Below are positions 9,427 to 18,822 of a stretch of DNA of 32,133 bases, in pieces. The stretch's first letter is position 1, and the number at the start of each line of letters is the position of its first letter. The stretch is from a virus. Lineage: Duplodnaviria; Caudoviricetes. The stretch lies in IMG/VR virus record IMGVR_UViG_3300005805_009082, positions 1 through 32,133 of that record; one strand, written 5' to 3'. The position numbers and the translations under genes are program-made. Below the pieces are notes generated by a model. It searched no databases. It was not told where the DNA came from and worked only from the letters and a program-made list of their open reading frames with translations.

Positions 9427-9949
9427 TTTTTCCTTTTTTACGACGCTCTGCCAAATCCATCGCGGCGCGCCCAGCCGATGTATTTGGGTCTCTATCAGGT
9501 CTGTGTTGTCTATCTCTCTTCTTGGCCATGACCGCAAGAGCTTCAAGTTCACTGAGTTTTCTGACTTCATTTGCCCGCAGGGTCTTGAGTCGTTCTAATT
9601 CTTGATTCAAAAAAGTCAATTCGCATTGTTTCGAAAAAAGTAGTTTTTCTGCCTCCGAGGAAACAGACTTAGCGATGGAGGAGAAAGAGTTGATGATGTT
9701 GTCCATGAATCGATAGGCATCCCCATTGATCTGTTGCTGCACAAAGAGGTCGAACAATTCTTTCTTGTGTTGTTTTACATGGACTTCAATCTTTTCTGAT
9801 GTCTCTCTCGATCCGATAGAATAGCCTTCGACTCCTTTCGCGCCGTCTAAAAGTTTGCTGATCAGTTCAGACTTTTCTTTGATCAAGCCATCGATGAAAG
9901 ATACTTTTGCCCGTTGCACGTCTAGCTCATTATTCTGCGTGTCACTCAT
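9407..9949 (-). CDS. Hypothetical alpha-helical/coiled-coil protein with a basic C-terminus
   Basis: 180-aa ORF with charged helical composition. It overlaps the 8407 gene convergently by 20 nt. Confidence 0.65.
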   Translation of the reverse strand: MSDTQNNELDVQRAKVSFIDGLIKEKSELISKLLDGAKGVEGYSIGSRETSEKIEVHVKQHKKELFDLFVQQQINGDAYRFMDNIINSFSSIAKSVSSEAEKLLFSKQCELTFLNQELERLKTLRANEVRKLSELEALAVMAKKRDRQHRPDRDPNTSAGRAAMDLAERRKKGKIKSSLS

Positions 9950-10020
9950 AATGTTTTGATTAATCCCTTGTTGATTTTAATGCCTATTTTATCGCCATTT
10001 TTTAGAGGGTAAATCTGCAC

Positions 10021-10050
10021 AAAATAAAAAGGCCTGGTTGCCCAGGCCTT
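10021..10050 (-). terminator. Rho-independent terminator after the 669-aa gene
   Basis: The minus strand reads AGGCCTGG-GCAA-CCAGGCCT followed by a U-rich tail; the loop is a GNRA tetraloop. Confidence 0.85.
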
Positions 10051-10071
10051 CCTATCTTATTCTACCATTAA

Positions 10072-12081
10072 TCAGGTTATATCGCGGAGCGTAATCGATA
10101 TGATATCGTCACTCGTTAATGTGCTCGTGATTGAGGTATCGAGGGTTACCTTATTGCCACCGATATTTGTGATATCGTAACCGAATGCAAGGTAGACGCC
10201 GTTTAAGTAGACGTCAATGTATTCGTCGGATGCATTATTGAGTGTACCGAAACCAGCGCCACCAGAGCCGAATGTGATTTCACCATTGCCTGTATTGATG
10301 TATGGTGAGTTACCGAGAAGATAACCCTTGACAGTATCGGTGATTGCAGCAATGTTTGCGATCGTAACTGCGCCGTTAGATCCAGTTGTGATTTGGATAC
10401 CACTTCCTGCGATGAACGCTGAAGTTCCATCAACAAGTTGAGTATGTGAACCACTTATTTGATCGATATAACCACGATACCATCTTGTACCGGTTGAACC
10501 GAGGTCATAGAAGTTATTTGTTGATGGTTTAATTGTTCCCTGGAATGTTGTTCCTGAAACCGTCGCGACTACGCTATCATTAATCGATAAAGTATAGTTG
10601 CCATTTGCGCCGCCATCAGTTGCGGAAAGACCAGTTCCCGGTGTGAAGACACGCTCATCTGTAAGAGTGCCGTTTGTAGCCAATGTCAAATATTGCGCGT
10701 TTGTTGGCGCGCTAACAGTTGATGTAGCGTTGATTGTAACTGCGCCATTGGATGCCGAAGTAATTGTGACGTTGGTACCGGCGATAAATGCTGAGGTTCC
10801 ATCAGTAAGCCTTGTAAGAGAACCGGAGAGTCCGAGGCTGGCCTTTACAATACTACCTGAAACTTCAGCGGCGCGGATGTTAGAGTATGCTACGATTGGA
10901 ATTGGTAGAGAGCCTGTTGCGCTGTTGGTCGTCGTCGCGAACGCGAACTCTGTTGCAGAATCGTCCCAGAATGCAGCGACATTGTTCGAACCGGCAAGAC
11001 CACCAATCCAACCACGGTCGCCCGAGGCTTGCTGGACCGTACCAGAAGCGAAGCCTAGGCCGATGACTGCGTCCTTGATTTCGAGGTTTACAGAGTTGAC
11101 TGTGGTCATTGTTCCATTGACCGTCAAGTCTCCTGAAACAACAGCGCTACCAGGGAATGTTACGTCAGCTCCTGATAGAGTAATCGCAGTGCCACCAGTT
11201 GATGATTTGATATCGTTACCTGTGACTTGGAGGTCACCCTTAATCTCAGTCAAGGTGTTCGAAGTCATCGTGATGTTGGTGTTACCATCGGATGCCTTGA
11301 TATCGTTACCACCCACTGTCACGTCACCAGCGACTGTAATGTCACCGCTGGAGCCAAGCGTGATGTTTAGACCAGCAGAACCAGAAATATCATTTCCAAC
11401 GACTCTGAGGTCACCGGCTGTTTGAACTTGTGCGCCATCAAAAGTGATCGCAGTTACTCCACCTGAGGATTTAATATCATTACCTGTAACAGTGAGGTCA
11501 CCAGCGACTGCGACATCGCCTGTTGTTGCGCTCAACGTTAAAGCAGTCGCTCCATCAGACGCCTGAATGTCATTTCCACCAATCTTAACATCTCCTGCGA
11601 AGGTGGTGAGAGTATTGGAGGTCATCGTGATGTTGGTGTTACCATCAGATGCTTGAATATCATTGCCAGTTACCTTTATGTCACCAGCAAAGGTCGTCAG
11701 CGTGTTCGAAGTTAATGTTATATTAGCGTTGCCATCAGATGCTCTGATGTCGTTACCACCAACAGTCACATCACCTGCAGTTACTATCGAGCCGCTTACG
11801 TTTACGTCACCCGCAGTATAAACTGCGCCCTGGAAAGCAGAAGTTCCGGTGGTTGGTGTTACACGAAGACCGGCGTAGATGTCTGCAAGGTCCTGAGAAC
11901 CGCTGAGGTTGTCGGTCCATGCACTCGTGCCCATTATCAACTTAACTTGGGTACGTAACGAGTTAAGGTCGTCCTCTATTGTTCTGTTGGCCTTTAAAAG
12001 GTTTCCGTTGGATACGCTGTCCGAAACTCTTGAGGCCAGTGTACCGCTAATTTGTAATTGTTGAACTTTTGTGATTGCCAT
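10072..12081 (-). CDS. Repeat-rich tail-fibre-like protein (669 aa)
   Basis: About 7 copies of a roughly 30-aa GDxxVxGNDI repeat, a GDLTVNGTMTTVNS motif and two SGSLT/DGTSAFIAG modules. A GGGAG SD lies upstream. Confidence 0.8.
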   Translation of the reverse strand: MAITKVQQLQISGTLASRVSDSVSNGNLLKANRTIEDDLNSLRTQVKLIMGTSAWTDNLSGSQDLADIYAGLRVTPTTGTSAFQGAVYTAGDVNVSGSIVTAGDVTVGGNDIRASDGNANITLTSNTLTTFAGDIKVTGNDIQASDGNTNITMTSNTLTTFAGDVKIGGNDIQASDGATALTLSATTGDVAVAGDLTVTGNDIKSSGGVTAITFDGAQVQTAGDLRVVGNDISGSAGLNITLGSSGDITVAGDVTVGGNDIKASDGNTNITMTSNTLTEIKGDLQVTGNDIKSSTGGTAITLSGADVTFPGSAVVSGDLTVNGTMTTVNSVNLEIKDAVIGLGFASGTVQQASGDRGWIGGLAGSNNVAAFWDDSATEFAFATTTNSATGSLPIPIVAYSNIRAAEVSGSIVKASLGLSGSLTRLTDGTSAFIAGTNVTITSASNGAVTINATSTVSAPTNAQYLTLATNGTLTDERVFTPGTGLSATDGGANGNYTLSINDSVVATVSGTTFQGTIKPSTNNFYDLGSTGTRWYRGYIDQISGSHTQLVDGTSAFIAGSGIQITTGSNGAVTIANIAAITDTVKGYLLGNSPYINTGNGEITFGSGGAGFGTLNNASDEYIDVYLNGVYLAFGYDITNIGGNKVTLDTSITSTLTSDDIISITLRDIT
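11150..11775 (-). repeat. Approximately 30-aa tandem repeats, GD(V/L)xVxGNDI(K/Q)ASDG..IT
   Basis: Seven successive GNDI-containing units are visible in the translation. Confidence 0.8.
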
Positions 12082-12119
12082 CGACGTCTATGCTCCCGTT
12101 GGTCTACGCACCAATAACC

Positions 12120-12267
12120 TAAATATTCATCATTGAATAAAGATTATTGACGAAAACAGTAAAACCTGCTGAACTCTTGACATAAGTCAAATTTGTCGAG
12201 CTCAGATGGTCGCTACGATGACATCGACTTTAAGATAACCTAATATTTATTCGGGTTAGATTACTTA
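12120..12267. promoter_or_regulatory. Divergent TANTTA motifs between the two fibre genes
   Basis: TATTTA on the minus strand at 12120-12125; TATTTA (12244-12249) and TACTTA (12262-12267) on the plus strand. Confidence 0.45.
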
Positions 12268-12287
12268 AAATCTGGATAGATATTGCC

Positions 12288-15200
12288 GTGGCTACTACTA
12301 AATTAAAAGGCGTCCAAATCTTCGATGGTACGATTAAGTCGGAGGACATAGACGATACTCTTGAAAAAGAGTTCACGAAGGTCCGCGTCACGACGGGCGA
12401 TTCGACTCCTGACTTCCTGTATAATAAAATTTTGACGAGCGGTAGCGTCTCCGTCAACTACATTGGCGCCTCAGGGTCAGCTCAGACATTGGTCATATCA
12501 GGTACCGCAGCCGGGTCGAATACACAAGTCCAGTTCAACGACGACGGGGCCTTGGCCGGCGATTCAGGGCTTGCCTATAATAAGACGACGGATACCCTTA
12601 CAGGCGTGACCGGTTCTTTCACGGACAACTTCTCCATCGGTGGAGACCTCGGGGTGACGAAGAACATCTCCCTTACCGGGTCCAACATCTACCTCGCGAA
12701 CAATCTGAGCATCGACAACAACACACTCTACATCGATGCCACTAACAACCGTGTCGGTATCGGTAAGGTTCCGAGTGTCACATTCGACGTATCGGGTACA
12801 CTCTCGACGTCGGGTGCCGACCAACCTTCTTCGATATTCAATGGAGATACATTCGTATCGGGCGCGTTCGGAATATCCGATTACCTCCAGATGAAACCGG
12901 TCGGGACCGTGAGAATCCCAACGAATACGACCGCATCCTACGTGTACACCTCTGGGTCGACCAACGACCTTTACTTCACCCAGTACTCTCCAGGATTCAC
13001 GAACACGACACGTCTCAGGTGGTTGGAATCTGTCTTGTCCACAGGTCTTCTCCACGGTGGCGTTCTCTCTACCGCGGCCGGTTCGACGACATTCTCCATA
13101 ACCTCTGGGTCAGGTCTCATAGTCTCTCCCAATGCATCGACGATGCGTGATCCATATCCGACGACATTGTTGGTTAATTTTCCGTCGTACATAAGCCAAT
13201 CGCTAACGTATGTTGCGACCGCGCCTATCACGTACATCGGAATTAACTCTTTGGGTGGAATCATACAGCAGACGACACCCTTTACGAACGGTGATTACCT
13301 AGACTACATCAACATTGGTCGAATCTTTCATGAGAACTCAGTCACACGCGCTGCGTCCACAAGTCCATCGACCTCGTACTCTGTTCCTCAACAATTAAGC
13401 CACTTTGCCCGAGCGTTCGGCGCATTAAAGATTTCTGGGCATTCCTTGGCCGCTAGCTCATCTGCTGGTGTTGGAACGTTGGGACTGACTAAGACGACGG
13501 GAGAAGCCTATTCGGAAGGTAGAAATTATACTTTCGACCCTGACGACCCCAACTATTCGTCGACCGTCAACGATTCAGCGGTCACGACATCAAAAATATA
13601 CAGACTGTACATCAACGGGTCATCTGCGCTCGTCCTTGATACAGGAGTTGGTGGCGCAGGTTACGCGGTCATAGACCCATCGCAATACAACAACAATGGA
13701 ACATTAGCATCTGTAGGCGGACAGTTTTCCATACAAAGAGTTTATTGGTTCCCTAATTCTGTTGATAGAGCTTTTTATGTTTATTACGGAAATGCTGTAT
13801 ACAGCTCTTTGAACGCGGCTGAGTCGGCAATTGCATCAGAAACATTCACTGAAGCTGACGATACAAAATTCGGAGCTATTTTCGTTGGTATCGTCATTGT
13901 AAGAGGAACCGCGACGGATTTGACTAACACCTTGCAAGCAAAGTTCATCCAAGGTGGTCTCTTCCGAAGCGTCACATCGACCGGTGGCGGCGGCGTGGTG
14001 CCGACAACGCCGGGAGGGTTGGATACGTACGTCCAATTCAACGATGGTGGTTCTACGTTCGGTGGTGATGCTGGGTTAACCTATGATAAAAACACAGATA
14101 CCTTAACCGTTGCGGGAGACGTGGCGGTTAACGGTGGCGACATCACGACAACTGCGACAACGTTCAATCTCGTCAACTCAACAGCCACCACTGTTAACTT
14201 GGGTGGTGGAGCCACGAGCGGTGTAAATATCGGTAACACATCTGGAATTGTTTCGGTTGCTGGTCCTGCGCAGTTCGCACAAGGCCTCACCGGTTCTCTT
14301 ACAAAGTTATACAACGGCACCTCTTACCTCATCGCTGGCGCAGGTATCTCTATTACCACGGGATCGAATGGCTCGGTAACGATTACGAATGATGGAACAG
14401 TTGGTGATATTACTGCAGTTAATGCTGGAACTGGTCTAACAGGTGGTGGAGCTTCGGGCGATGTAACTCTTAACATTAACGATTCCGTCGTAGCGACGGT
14501 CAGCGGCACGACGTTTACCGGCGTGACAAAGCACAATGCAGGATTAAGTGGTTCTCTTACTCGATTAACTGACGGAACTTCCTACATTGCTGCTGGCGGT
14601 TTTATTACCATCACTTCGGCATCGAATGGCGCAATCACGATAGACGGCACAGGTTATGGCGCTCCAGAAAACGCCAATTATCTCATCCTCGCCGGTGGAA
14701 GCGGAGAAGGTATTCTTACGAATGAGCGTAAGTTTGTAGCGGGCACAGGTCTCACCTCGACCGATGCTGGTGCTGGTGGCAACTATACTCTATCGATTAA
14801 TGATAGCGTTGTCGCTACAATCAGTGGTTCTAGGTTCACGGGAGAAGTTTCCACTGCGTCAGGGGTAGATATTGCAGCCGGCAACAAGCTTAGGTCTGAT
14901 AACTCTTCAGGTGATGAAGGTGGCGAAATATTATTAGCAAAACCAGTAACAAATACGACGCTTGTCGGTACTGGTATCACAATTGATGCCTACCAAAATA
15001 AAATTCGATTTTTTGAACAAGGCGGAACAGCCAGAGGCGCATACATTGATTTGACAGCTTGCGCTGGCGGCGTGGGAACTGACTTATTGGCTGGTGGCGG
15101 TGGTGATATCACTGCGGTTAATGCTGGAACTGGTCTAACAGGTGGTGGTACATCTGGTGATGTAACCCTTAATATCAATGATTCTGTTGTCGCAACTGTT

Positions 15201-16304
15201 AGCGGAACACAATTTACTGGTCCAATATCTTCTACAGGTTTTACTTCGTCTGATAGAGTGTTGATTGTATCAGGAACAAGTAAGACAATATCTCAAGCTG
15301 CTAACTTGGTATATGACAGCACAAATGCTTACTTAGGTATCGCTGTTGCAGCTCCAGGTAGAAATTTAAATGTCAATACCGGCGTTCGTTTTGGTTCAAC
15401 AAACTACATCGAATTGGTCGGCGCCAATTCGACCACTTGGAGATGGGCAAATGCTGGCACTGTTACGACTATTGAACATAATCCTCACCTAATATTCAGA
15501 AACAATTCAATTCTCGGTTTCAATGCATCCAACGGTAGCACAATCGACGCTGGCTTCACCAGAGCTGCAGCGGGTATCATAAATGTCAGCGGTTCGGCGC
15601 CGGGCGCTGTATTAAGGTTCAACGCTTCTTCAACTCCTCTCGCAGCGGGAGATCTTGGCATGAGTACGTCAACAGGACGTCCTCAAGCGTTTATTGGTGG
15701 ATCAGCTGTTGCCTTGGCACATACCGGTGAGATTGCCCCCGTCGATGCACAATATGTAACTTTAGCCACAAACGGAACTTTAACCAACGAACGTGTTCTT
15801 ACAGCAGGAACAGGACTCACATTAACAGATGGTGGTGCTGGTGGTAATGCAACATTAGCCATTAATAATAGCGTGGTTGCAACTGTTTCGGGTTCAACAT
15901 TCACCGGCGCAGTGAGAGTAAAAGCGCATTCTGGATATAACGGGAGCGATTTCGTTACAACAACAGCAGCCGTAACTACTACAAATACATCTGCAACAAC
16001 GATCGCTACGATATCTACGGCAGCCAGCCGTGCTTATCTTATAGAAGCGAGGATCGTTGGTCGTCACAGCACTGATGCCAACCGAGCAGGATATGTATTG
16101 AGAGCTGTTTATTATACAGGTGGTGGTGGAAGCTTGAGCCGACAAGGTTCGGATTCAATAGATTTTTCTGTCGAGTCTGATTCTACTTGGAACGTTTCCA
16201 CGACCACTTCAGGTACGGACATTTTAATTCAAGTAACAGGCGGTAGCGGCCAAACGGTTTATTGGGTCGCGACAGTCACATATCAATATGTTTCAAGTAG
16301 CTAA
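12288..16304 (+). CDS. Large modular tail-fibre-like protein (1338 aa)
   Basis: N-terminal QIFDGTIKSEDI, a LYIDATNNRVGIG fibre motif, and the shared SGSLT, GDITAVNAG, QVQFND and LTNERV modules. GTG start. Confidence 0.8.
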   Translation: MATTKLKGVQIFDGTIKSEDIDDTLEKEFTKVRVTTGDSTPDFLYNKILTSGSVSVNYIGASGSAQTLVISGTAAGSNTQVQFNDDGALAGDSGLAYNKTTDTLTGVTGSFTDNFSIGGDLGVTKNISLTGSNIYLANNLSIDNNTLYIDATNNRVGIGKVPSVTFDVSGTLSTSGADQPSSIFNGDTFVSGAFGISDYLQMKPVGTVRIPTNTTASYVYTSGSTNDLYFTQYSPGFTNTTRLRWLESVLSTGLLHGGVLSTAAGSTTFSITSGSGLIVSPNASTMRDPYPTTLLVNFPSYISQSLTYVATAPITYIGINSLGGIIQQTTPFTNGDYLDYINIGRIFHENSVTRAASTSPSTSYSVPQQLSHFARAFGALKISGHSLAASSSAGVGTLGLTKTTGEAYSEGRNYTFDPDDPNYSSTVNDSAVTTSKIYRLYINGSSALVLDTGVGGAGYAVIDPSQYNNNGTLASVGGQFSIQRVYWFPNSVDRAFYVYYGNAVYSSLNAAESAIASETFTEADDTKFGAIFVGIVIVRGTATDLTNTLQAKFIQGGLFRSVTSTGGGGVVPTTPGGLDTYVQFNDGGSTFGGDAGLTYDKNTDTLTVAGDVAVNGGDITTTATTFNLVNSTATTVNLGGGATSGVNIGNTSGIVSVAGPAQFAQGLTGSLTKLYNGTSYLIAGAGISITTGSNGSVTITNDGTVGDITAVNAGTGLTGGGASGDVTLNINDSVVATVSGTTFTGVTKHNAGLSGSLTRLTDGTSYIAAGGFITITSASNGAITIDGTGYGAPENANYLILAGGSGEGILTNERKFVAGTGLTSTDAGAGGNYTLSINDSVVATISGSRFTGEVSTASGVDIAAGNKLRSDNSSGDEGGEILLAKPVTNTTLVGTGITIDAYQNKIRFFEQGGTARGAYIDLTACAGGVGTDLLAGGGGDITAVNAGTGLTGGGTSGDVTLNINDSVVATVSGTQFTGPISSTGFTSSDRVLIVSGTSKTISQAANLVYDSTNAYLGIAVAAPGRNLNVNTGVRFGSTNYIELVGANSTTWRWANAGTVTTIEHNPHLIFRNNSILGFNASNGSTIDAGFTRAAAGIINVSGSAPGAVLRFNASSTPLAAGDLGMSTSTGRPQAFIGGSAVALAHTGEIAPVDAQYVTLATNGTLTNERVLTAGTGLTLTDGGAGGNATLAINNSVVATVSGSTFTGAVRVKAHSGYNGSDFVTTTAAVTTTNTSATTIATISTAASRAYLIEARIVGRHSTDANRAGYVLRAVYYTGGGGSLSRQGSDSIDFSVESDSTWNVSTTTSGTDILIQVTGGSGQTVYWVATVTYQYVSSS

Positions 16305-16314
16305 TGGATAGATT

Positions 16315-16566
16315 ATGGCAAAAACTCTTAACAACAACGTAGAGACAGTCACTATAGACAAGATTCAAATCGAGAAGTTTGAAGTAAATCCACAGACAAA
16401 CTCGATGGTGATTCATTACTCCAAGGGTTACGAACTCAATGGACAATATGTCACTGTTCAAAAAGAGTTTATCGATTTAACGAGCGTGACATTCGACTCG
16501 ATGCTATATGCCCAGATAAAAGAATCACTTTATTCAACTTTGTTGTCTCAATTAGGAATCAGCTGA
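16315..16566 (+). CDS. Small protein, paralogue of the next gene (possible fibre assembly or accessory factor)
   Basis: TIDKIQIEKFEVNPQTNSMVIHYSKGY...FDSMLYAQIKESLY aligns with the 16582 ORF. Confidence 0.75.
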   Translation: MAKTLNNNVETVTIDKIQIEKFEVNPQTNSMVIHYSKGYELNGQYVTVQKEFIDLTSVTFDSMLYAQIKESLYSTLLSQLGIS

Positions 16567-16581
16567 AAGTAGAGATGTACC

Positions 16582-16827
16582 ATGCCGGCAAATATAACAC
16601 CAACCACGATGACGTTAGATAAAATACGCATCGAACAGTTCACAGTCAGTCCACAAAAGAACGCTGTCATGATTCATTATTCAAAAGGATACAATGACAC
16701 AGAGGGCAATTACGTTCCAAAAGAATACACTTCGATGAATCTTATCGATGTCGAGTTTGACCCAACTCTTTACGAACAAGTTAAGACAACGCTCTACAAT
16801 TTGCTTACGGCTGAGTTGTCTTCTTAA
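16582..16827 (+). CDS. Small protein, paralogue of the previous gene
   Basis: TLDKIRIEQFTVSPQKNAVMIHYSKGY...FDPTLYEQVKTTLY. Confidence 0.75.
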   Translation: MPANITPTTMTLDKIRIEQFTVSPQKNAVMIHYSKGYNDTEGNYVPKEYTSMNLIDVEFDPTLYEQVKTTLYNLLTAELSS

Positions 16828-17021
16828 TTTAGTTCACTCAATCTTCGCCAAACAGAACCTTCATCTCTGAGCCAAACCCGGGATGAACCGTATTGTCCCC
16901 AATCGAGTCGAATCAACCAGTCGACTTCTTTGGTAATCCATTCGACTGACTGGACTCGAACCACAAATCCGGTCATCCCATGGACCACCAGTTTATCTCC
17001 GATATTCGGGGGTGGTTTCAT
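16824..17021 (-). CDS. Small SH3/KOW-like 'GDLV' family protein
   Basis: PNIGDKLVVHGMTGFVVRV...IRLDW; fills the gap between neighbouring genes. Confidence 0.6.
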   Translation of the reverse strand: MKPPPNIGDKLVVHGMTGFVVRVQSVEWITKEVDWLIRLDWGQYGSSRVWLRDEGSVWRRLSELN

Positions 17022-17032
17022 GTGGTCTATTT

Positions 17033-17347
17033 TTATCGTTTAATCGGAGGGGTCGGGAGCACGCCATAATCCTTGGTGTATGGATCAGGCAGTGCATATG
17101 GGTTTTGACCGGTGGGAGGAACAGGACCCCAGCAATCTTCTTCTTGGTGAACTGGCTCGATTAGATGCGAAGATATTTCATCATCATCTTTATCTTTCAT
17201 GCTAATCCTACCGAGCTGTTCTCTATCCGAGAAATCGGGTCCCATTGCATTACGGATTACTGGCATATGAGGTAAAGTTATACCGCCGGCCGCTTCATCA
17301 AGGACCGAGCGAATGAGACTTCTTAACTCGCCTACTGTAATCTTCAT
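17033..17347 (-). CDS. Hypothetical protein with an MKITxxELRxLI.. N-terminal motif
   Basis: Begins MKITVGELRSLIRSVLDE; TACTTA lies 6 nt upstream. Confidence 0.7.
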   Translation of the reverse strand: MKITVGELRSLIRSVLDEAAGGITLPHMPVIRNAMGPDFSDREQLGRISMKDKDDDEISSHLIEPVHQEEDCWGPVPPTGQNPYALPDPYTKDYGVLPTPPIKR

Positions 17348-17359
17348 GCTTGATAAGTA

Positions 17360-17551
17360 TCAATCGAAAAGGACTTTACGGACCGCCTCGGTTGTCGCGT
17401 CTTTTTCTTCTTCTTTTTTATTCTCTTGGGCGGGTGGAAACTTCTTATATCCACCACCAAGAGCCACGAAGAGAACATTCAATGTCATTAGGCTCATGAT
17501 GCCAAGTGTGAATGTCATCCAGGGATGTGTGTGTATCCAAGATTCGTACAT
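17360..17551 (-). CDS. Small single-pass membrane protein
   Basis: Hydrophobic stretch WMTFTLGIMSLMTLNVLFVALGG followed by a charged tail. Confidence 0.65.
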   Translation of the reverse strand: MYESWIHTHPWMTFTLGIMSLMTLNVLFVALGGGYKKFPPAQENKKEEEKDATTEAVRKVLFD

Positions 17552-17552
17552 A

Positions 17553-17822
17553 TTATTTTCTCCAGGTAATTCGACCCCGTGAAGTATCGTAAGGGCTTAC
17601 TTCGACCTTGACGTAGTCGCCAGGTAGTATTCTAATATTATTCTGTCGAAGTTTACCTGATAGTGTCGCGAGTATCTGGACTCCACTCTCTGTTATGACC
17701 CTGAACCATGTACCGGGAAGCGCATCATCTACGATTCCTTCGAGTTCCATGCGGTCATCTCTATCGTGGTTCTCTATCCTTGACTCGTACTGTCCATTGC
17801 GATTTTTCTTGTTCGTCACCAT
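17553..17822 (-). CDS. infA: Translation initiation factor IF-1
   Basis: [17 protein letters not shown]...[39 protein letters not shown]. An alternative ATG start lies at 17750. Confidence 0.95.
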   Translation of the reverse strand: MVTNKKNRNGQYESRIENHDRDDRMELEGIVDDALPGTWFRVITESGVQILATLSGKLRQNNIRILPGDYVKVEVSPYDTSRGRITWRK

Positions 17823-17994
17823 GTGTTTCTAGTTCTTGCTCCTCTTCATCTCCCAATCCTGGGACTGGGACGTTCTTGTTTCTTTGTAACATACTGGCAC
17901 CACCCATTCCGCCGAACCCGGCGTTATCGATGGTGTACATCCTTCCGACCTCTTCTCGGATAATCTTGCGCAGTTCATGGATTGTTATCTTCAT
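17761..17994 (-). CDS. Hypothetical protein with an [16 protein letters not shown]-terminal motif
   Basis: Same N-terminal motif as 17033-17347; TAATTA lies 5 nt upstream. Confidence 0.65.
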   Translation of the reverse strand: MKITIHELRKIIREEVGRMYTIDNAGFGGMGGASMLQRNKNVPVPGLGDEEEQELETHGDEQEKSQWTVRVKDREPR

Positions 17995-18385
17995 GCTTGT
18001 AATTAGTCTGCAAAACTGCGCCTGTGAGGCCCGAAGTGCTTTTCTCTAGCATCCATTTAGAATCTACATAAAATCCCTCAGAGGGTCCGGGCCACCTCTC
18101 AAACACGTTCGCAAGAAAAATTTTCTTGCCGCCATCAGCTGGCTCTGCAGGACCGTCTGGAATGTAGTACGCTCTTGCATCAAAAACCATGACTTTACCT
18201 GTTACTGTGATTAGTAGTATTTTCCCATCTTTAGGGTCCGCTCCAACAGCGACGACGAGAGATTCTTTGTCTTCGGCGGCCGTGTCAAGCTCTTCCGGCG
18301 CAAGACGAGTCATGTAGTTTGGTAACTCGAACTCGCAGTCTGGGCCGAAGTCAATTCGCATATCTTCAGTGAACGTTAGTTCCAT
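17975..18385 (-). CDS. Hypothetical protein
   Basis: 136-aa ORF in a chain of short overlapping minus-strand genes. Confidence 0.65.
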   Translation of the reverse strand: MELTFTEDMRIDFGPDCEFELPNYMTRLAPEELDTAAEDKESLVVAVGADPKDGKILLITVTGKVMVFDARAYYIPDGPAEPADGGKKIFLANVFERWPGPSEGFYVDSKWMLEKSTSGLTGAVLQTNYKHEDNNP

Positions 18386-18602
18386 TTGTAGATTGCTTTA
18401 AAAGTAATTCCGAGGTATAATATGGACCTTCGTATCCGGTTCCTGGAAAGAAAACATAATATATGTCGGGTGAATTTTTCAAATATTGTTGCGACTGGCT
18501 CCACATCTTCAGTGATTCTCCATTCGCTTTTTCGACGCTGACAACAACTCCGAAATCGCTTCCGGTTCGTTTTGTCACAAGGTCTCCAATCTGATATTTC
18601 AA
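18366..18602 (-). CDS. Small SH3/KOW-like 'GDLV' family protein
   Basis: MKYQIGDLVTKRTGSDFGVVVSV...YYVFF; TTG start overlapping the upstream stop. Confidence 0.65.
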   Translation of the reverse strand: MKYQIGDLVTKRTGSDFGVVVSVEKANGESLKMWSQSQQYLKNSPDIYYVFFPGTGYEGPYYTSELLLKQSTNGTNVH

Positions 18603-18814
18603 ACTCTCTCCTTTATTTTATGTATTGTTTCTTCTGTCACCGGAAGTAGAGCATCGTCTAGGTGATATCGCATTTTTACGCCATCTTCTGTCGTCCACAT
18701 CACAAGTAATGTGTTTTCCGATGCTTCGTCGTGATCGACAACGACTCCAATACGGTTCGACTGTAAATTCCATCGAGACCTCAGAACTACAAGCTGACCA
18801 AAATAAGGGTCCAC
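18599..18814 (-). CDS. Small SH3/KOW-like protein
   Basis: PYFGQLVVLRS...IGVVVD...LLVMW; GTG start. Confidence 0.6.
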   Translation of the reverse strand: MDPYFGQLVVLRSRWNLQSNRIGVVVDHDEASENTLLVMWTTEDGVKMRYHLDDALLPVTEETIHKIKERV

Positions 18815-18822
18815 ATTGGTAA

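Noticed and set aside
1104-16145. Many opposite-strand ORFs over the fibre genes (for example 2733-3347, 4176-4925, 10598-11425)
   Set aside because: These are antisense shadows of G/S/T-rich codon usage, fully nested in long genes.
1009-16304. Diversity-generating retroelement (template and variable repeats) among the fibre repeats
   Set aside because: There is no reverse transcriptase in the window. All repeat copies are coding, and their differences are synonymous changes at all bases rather than adenine-specific.
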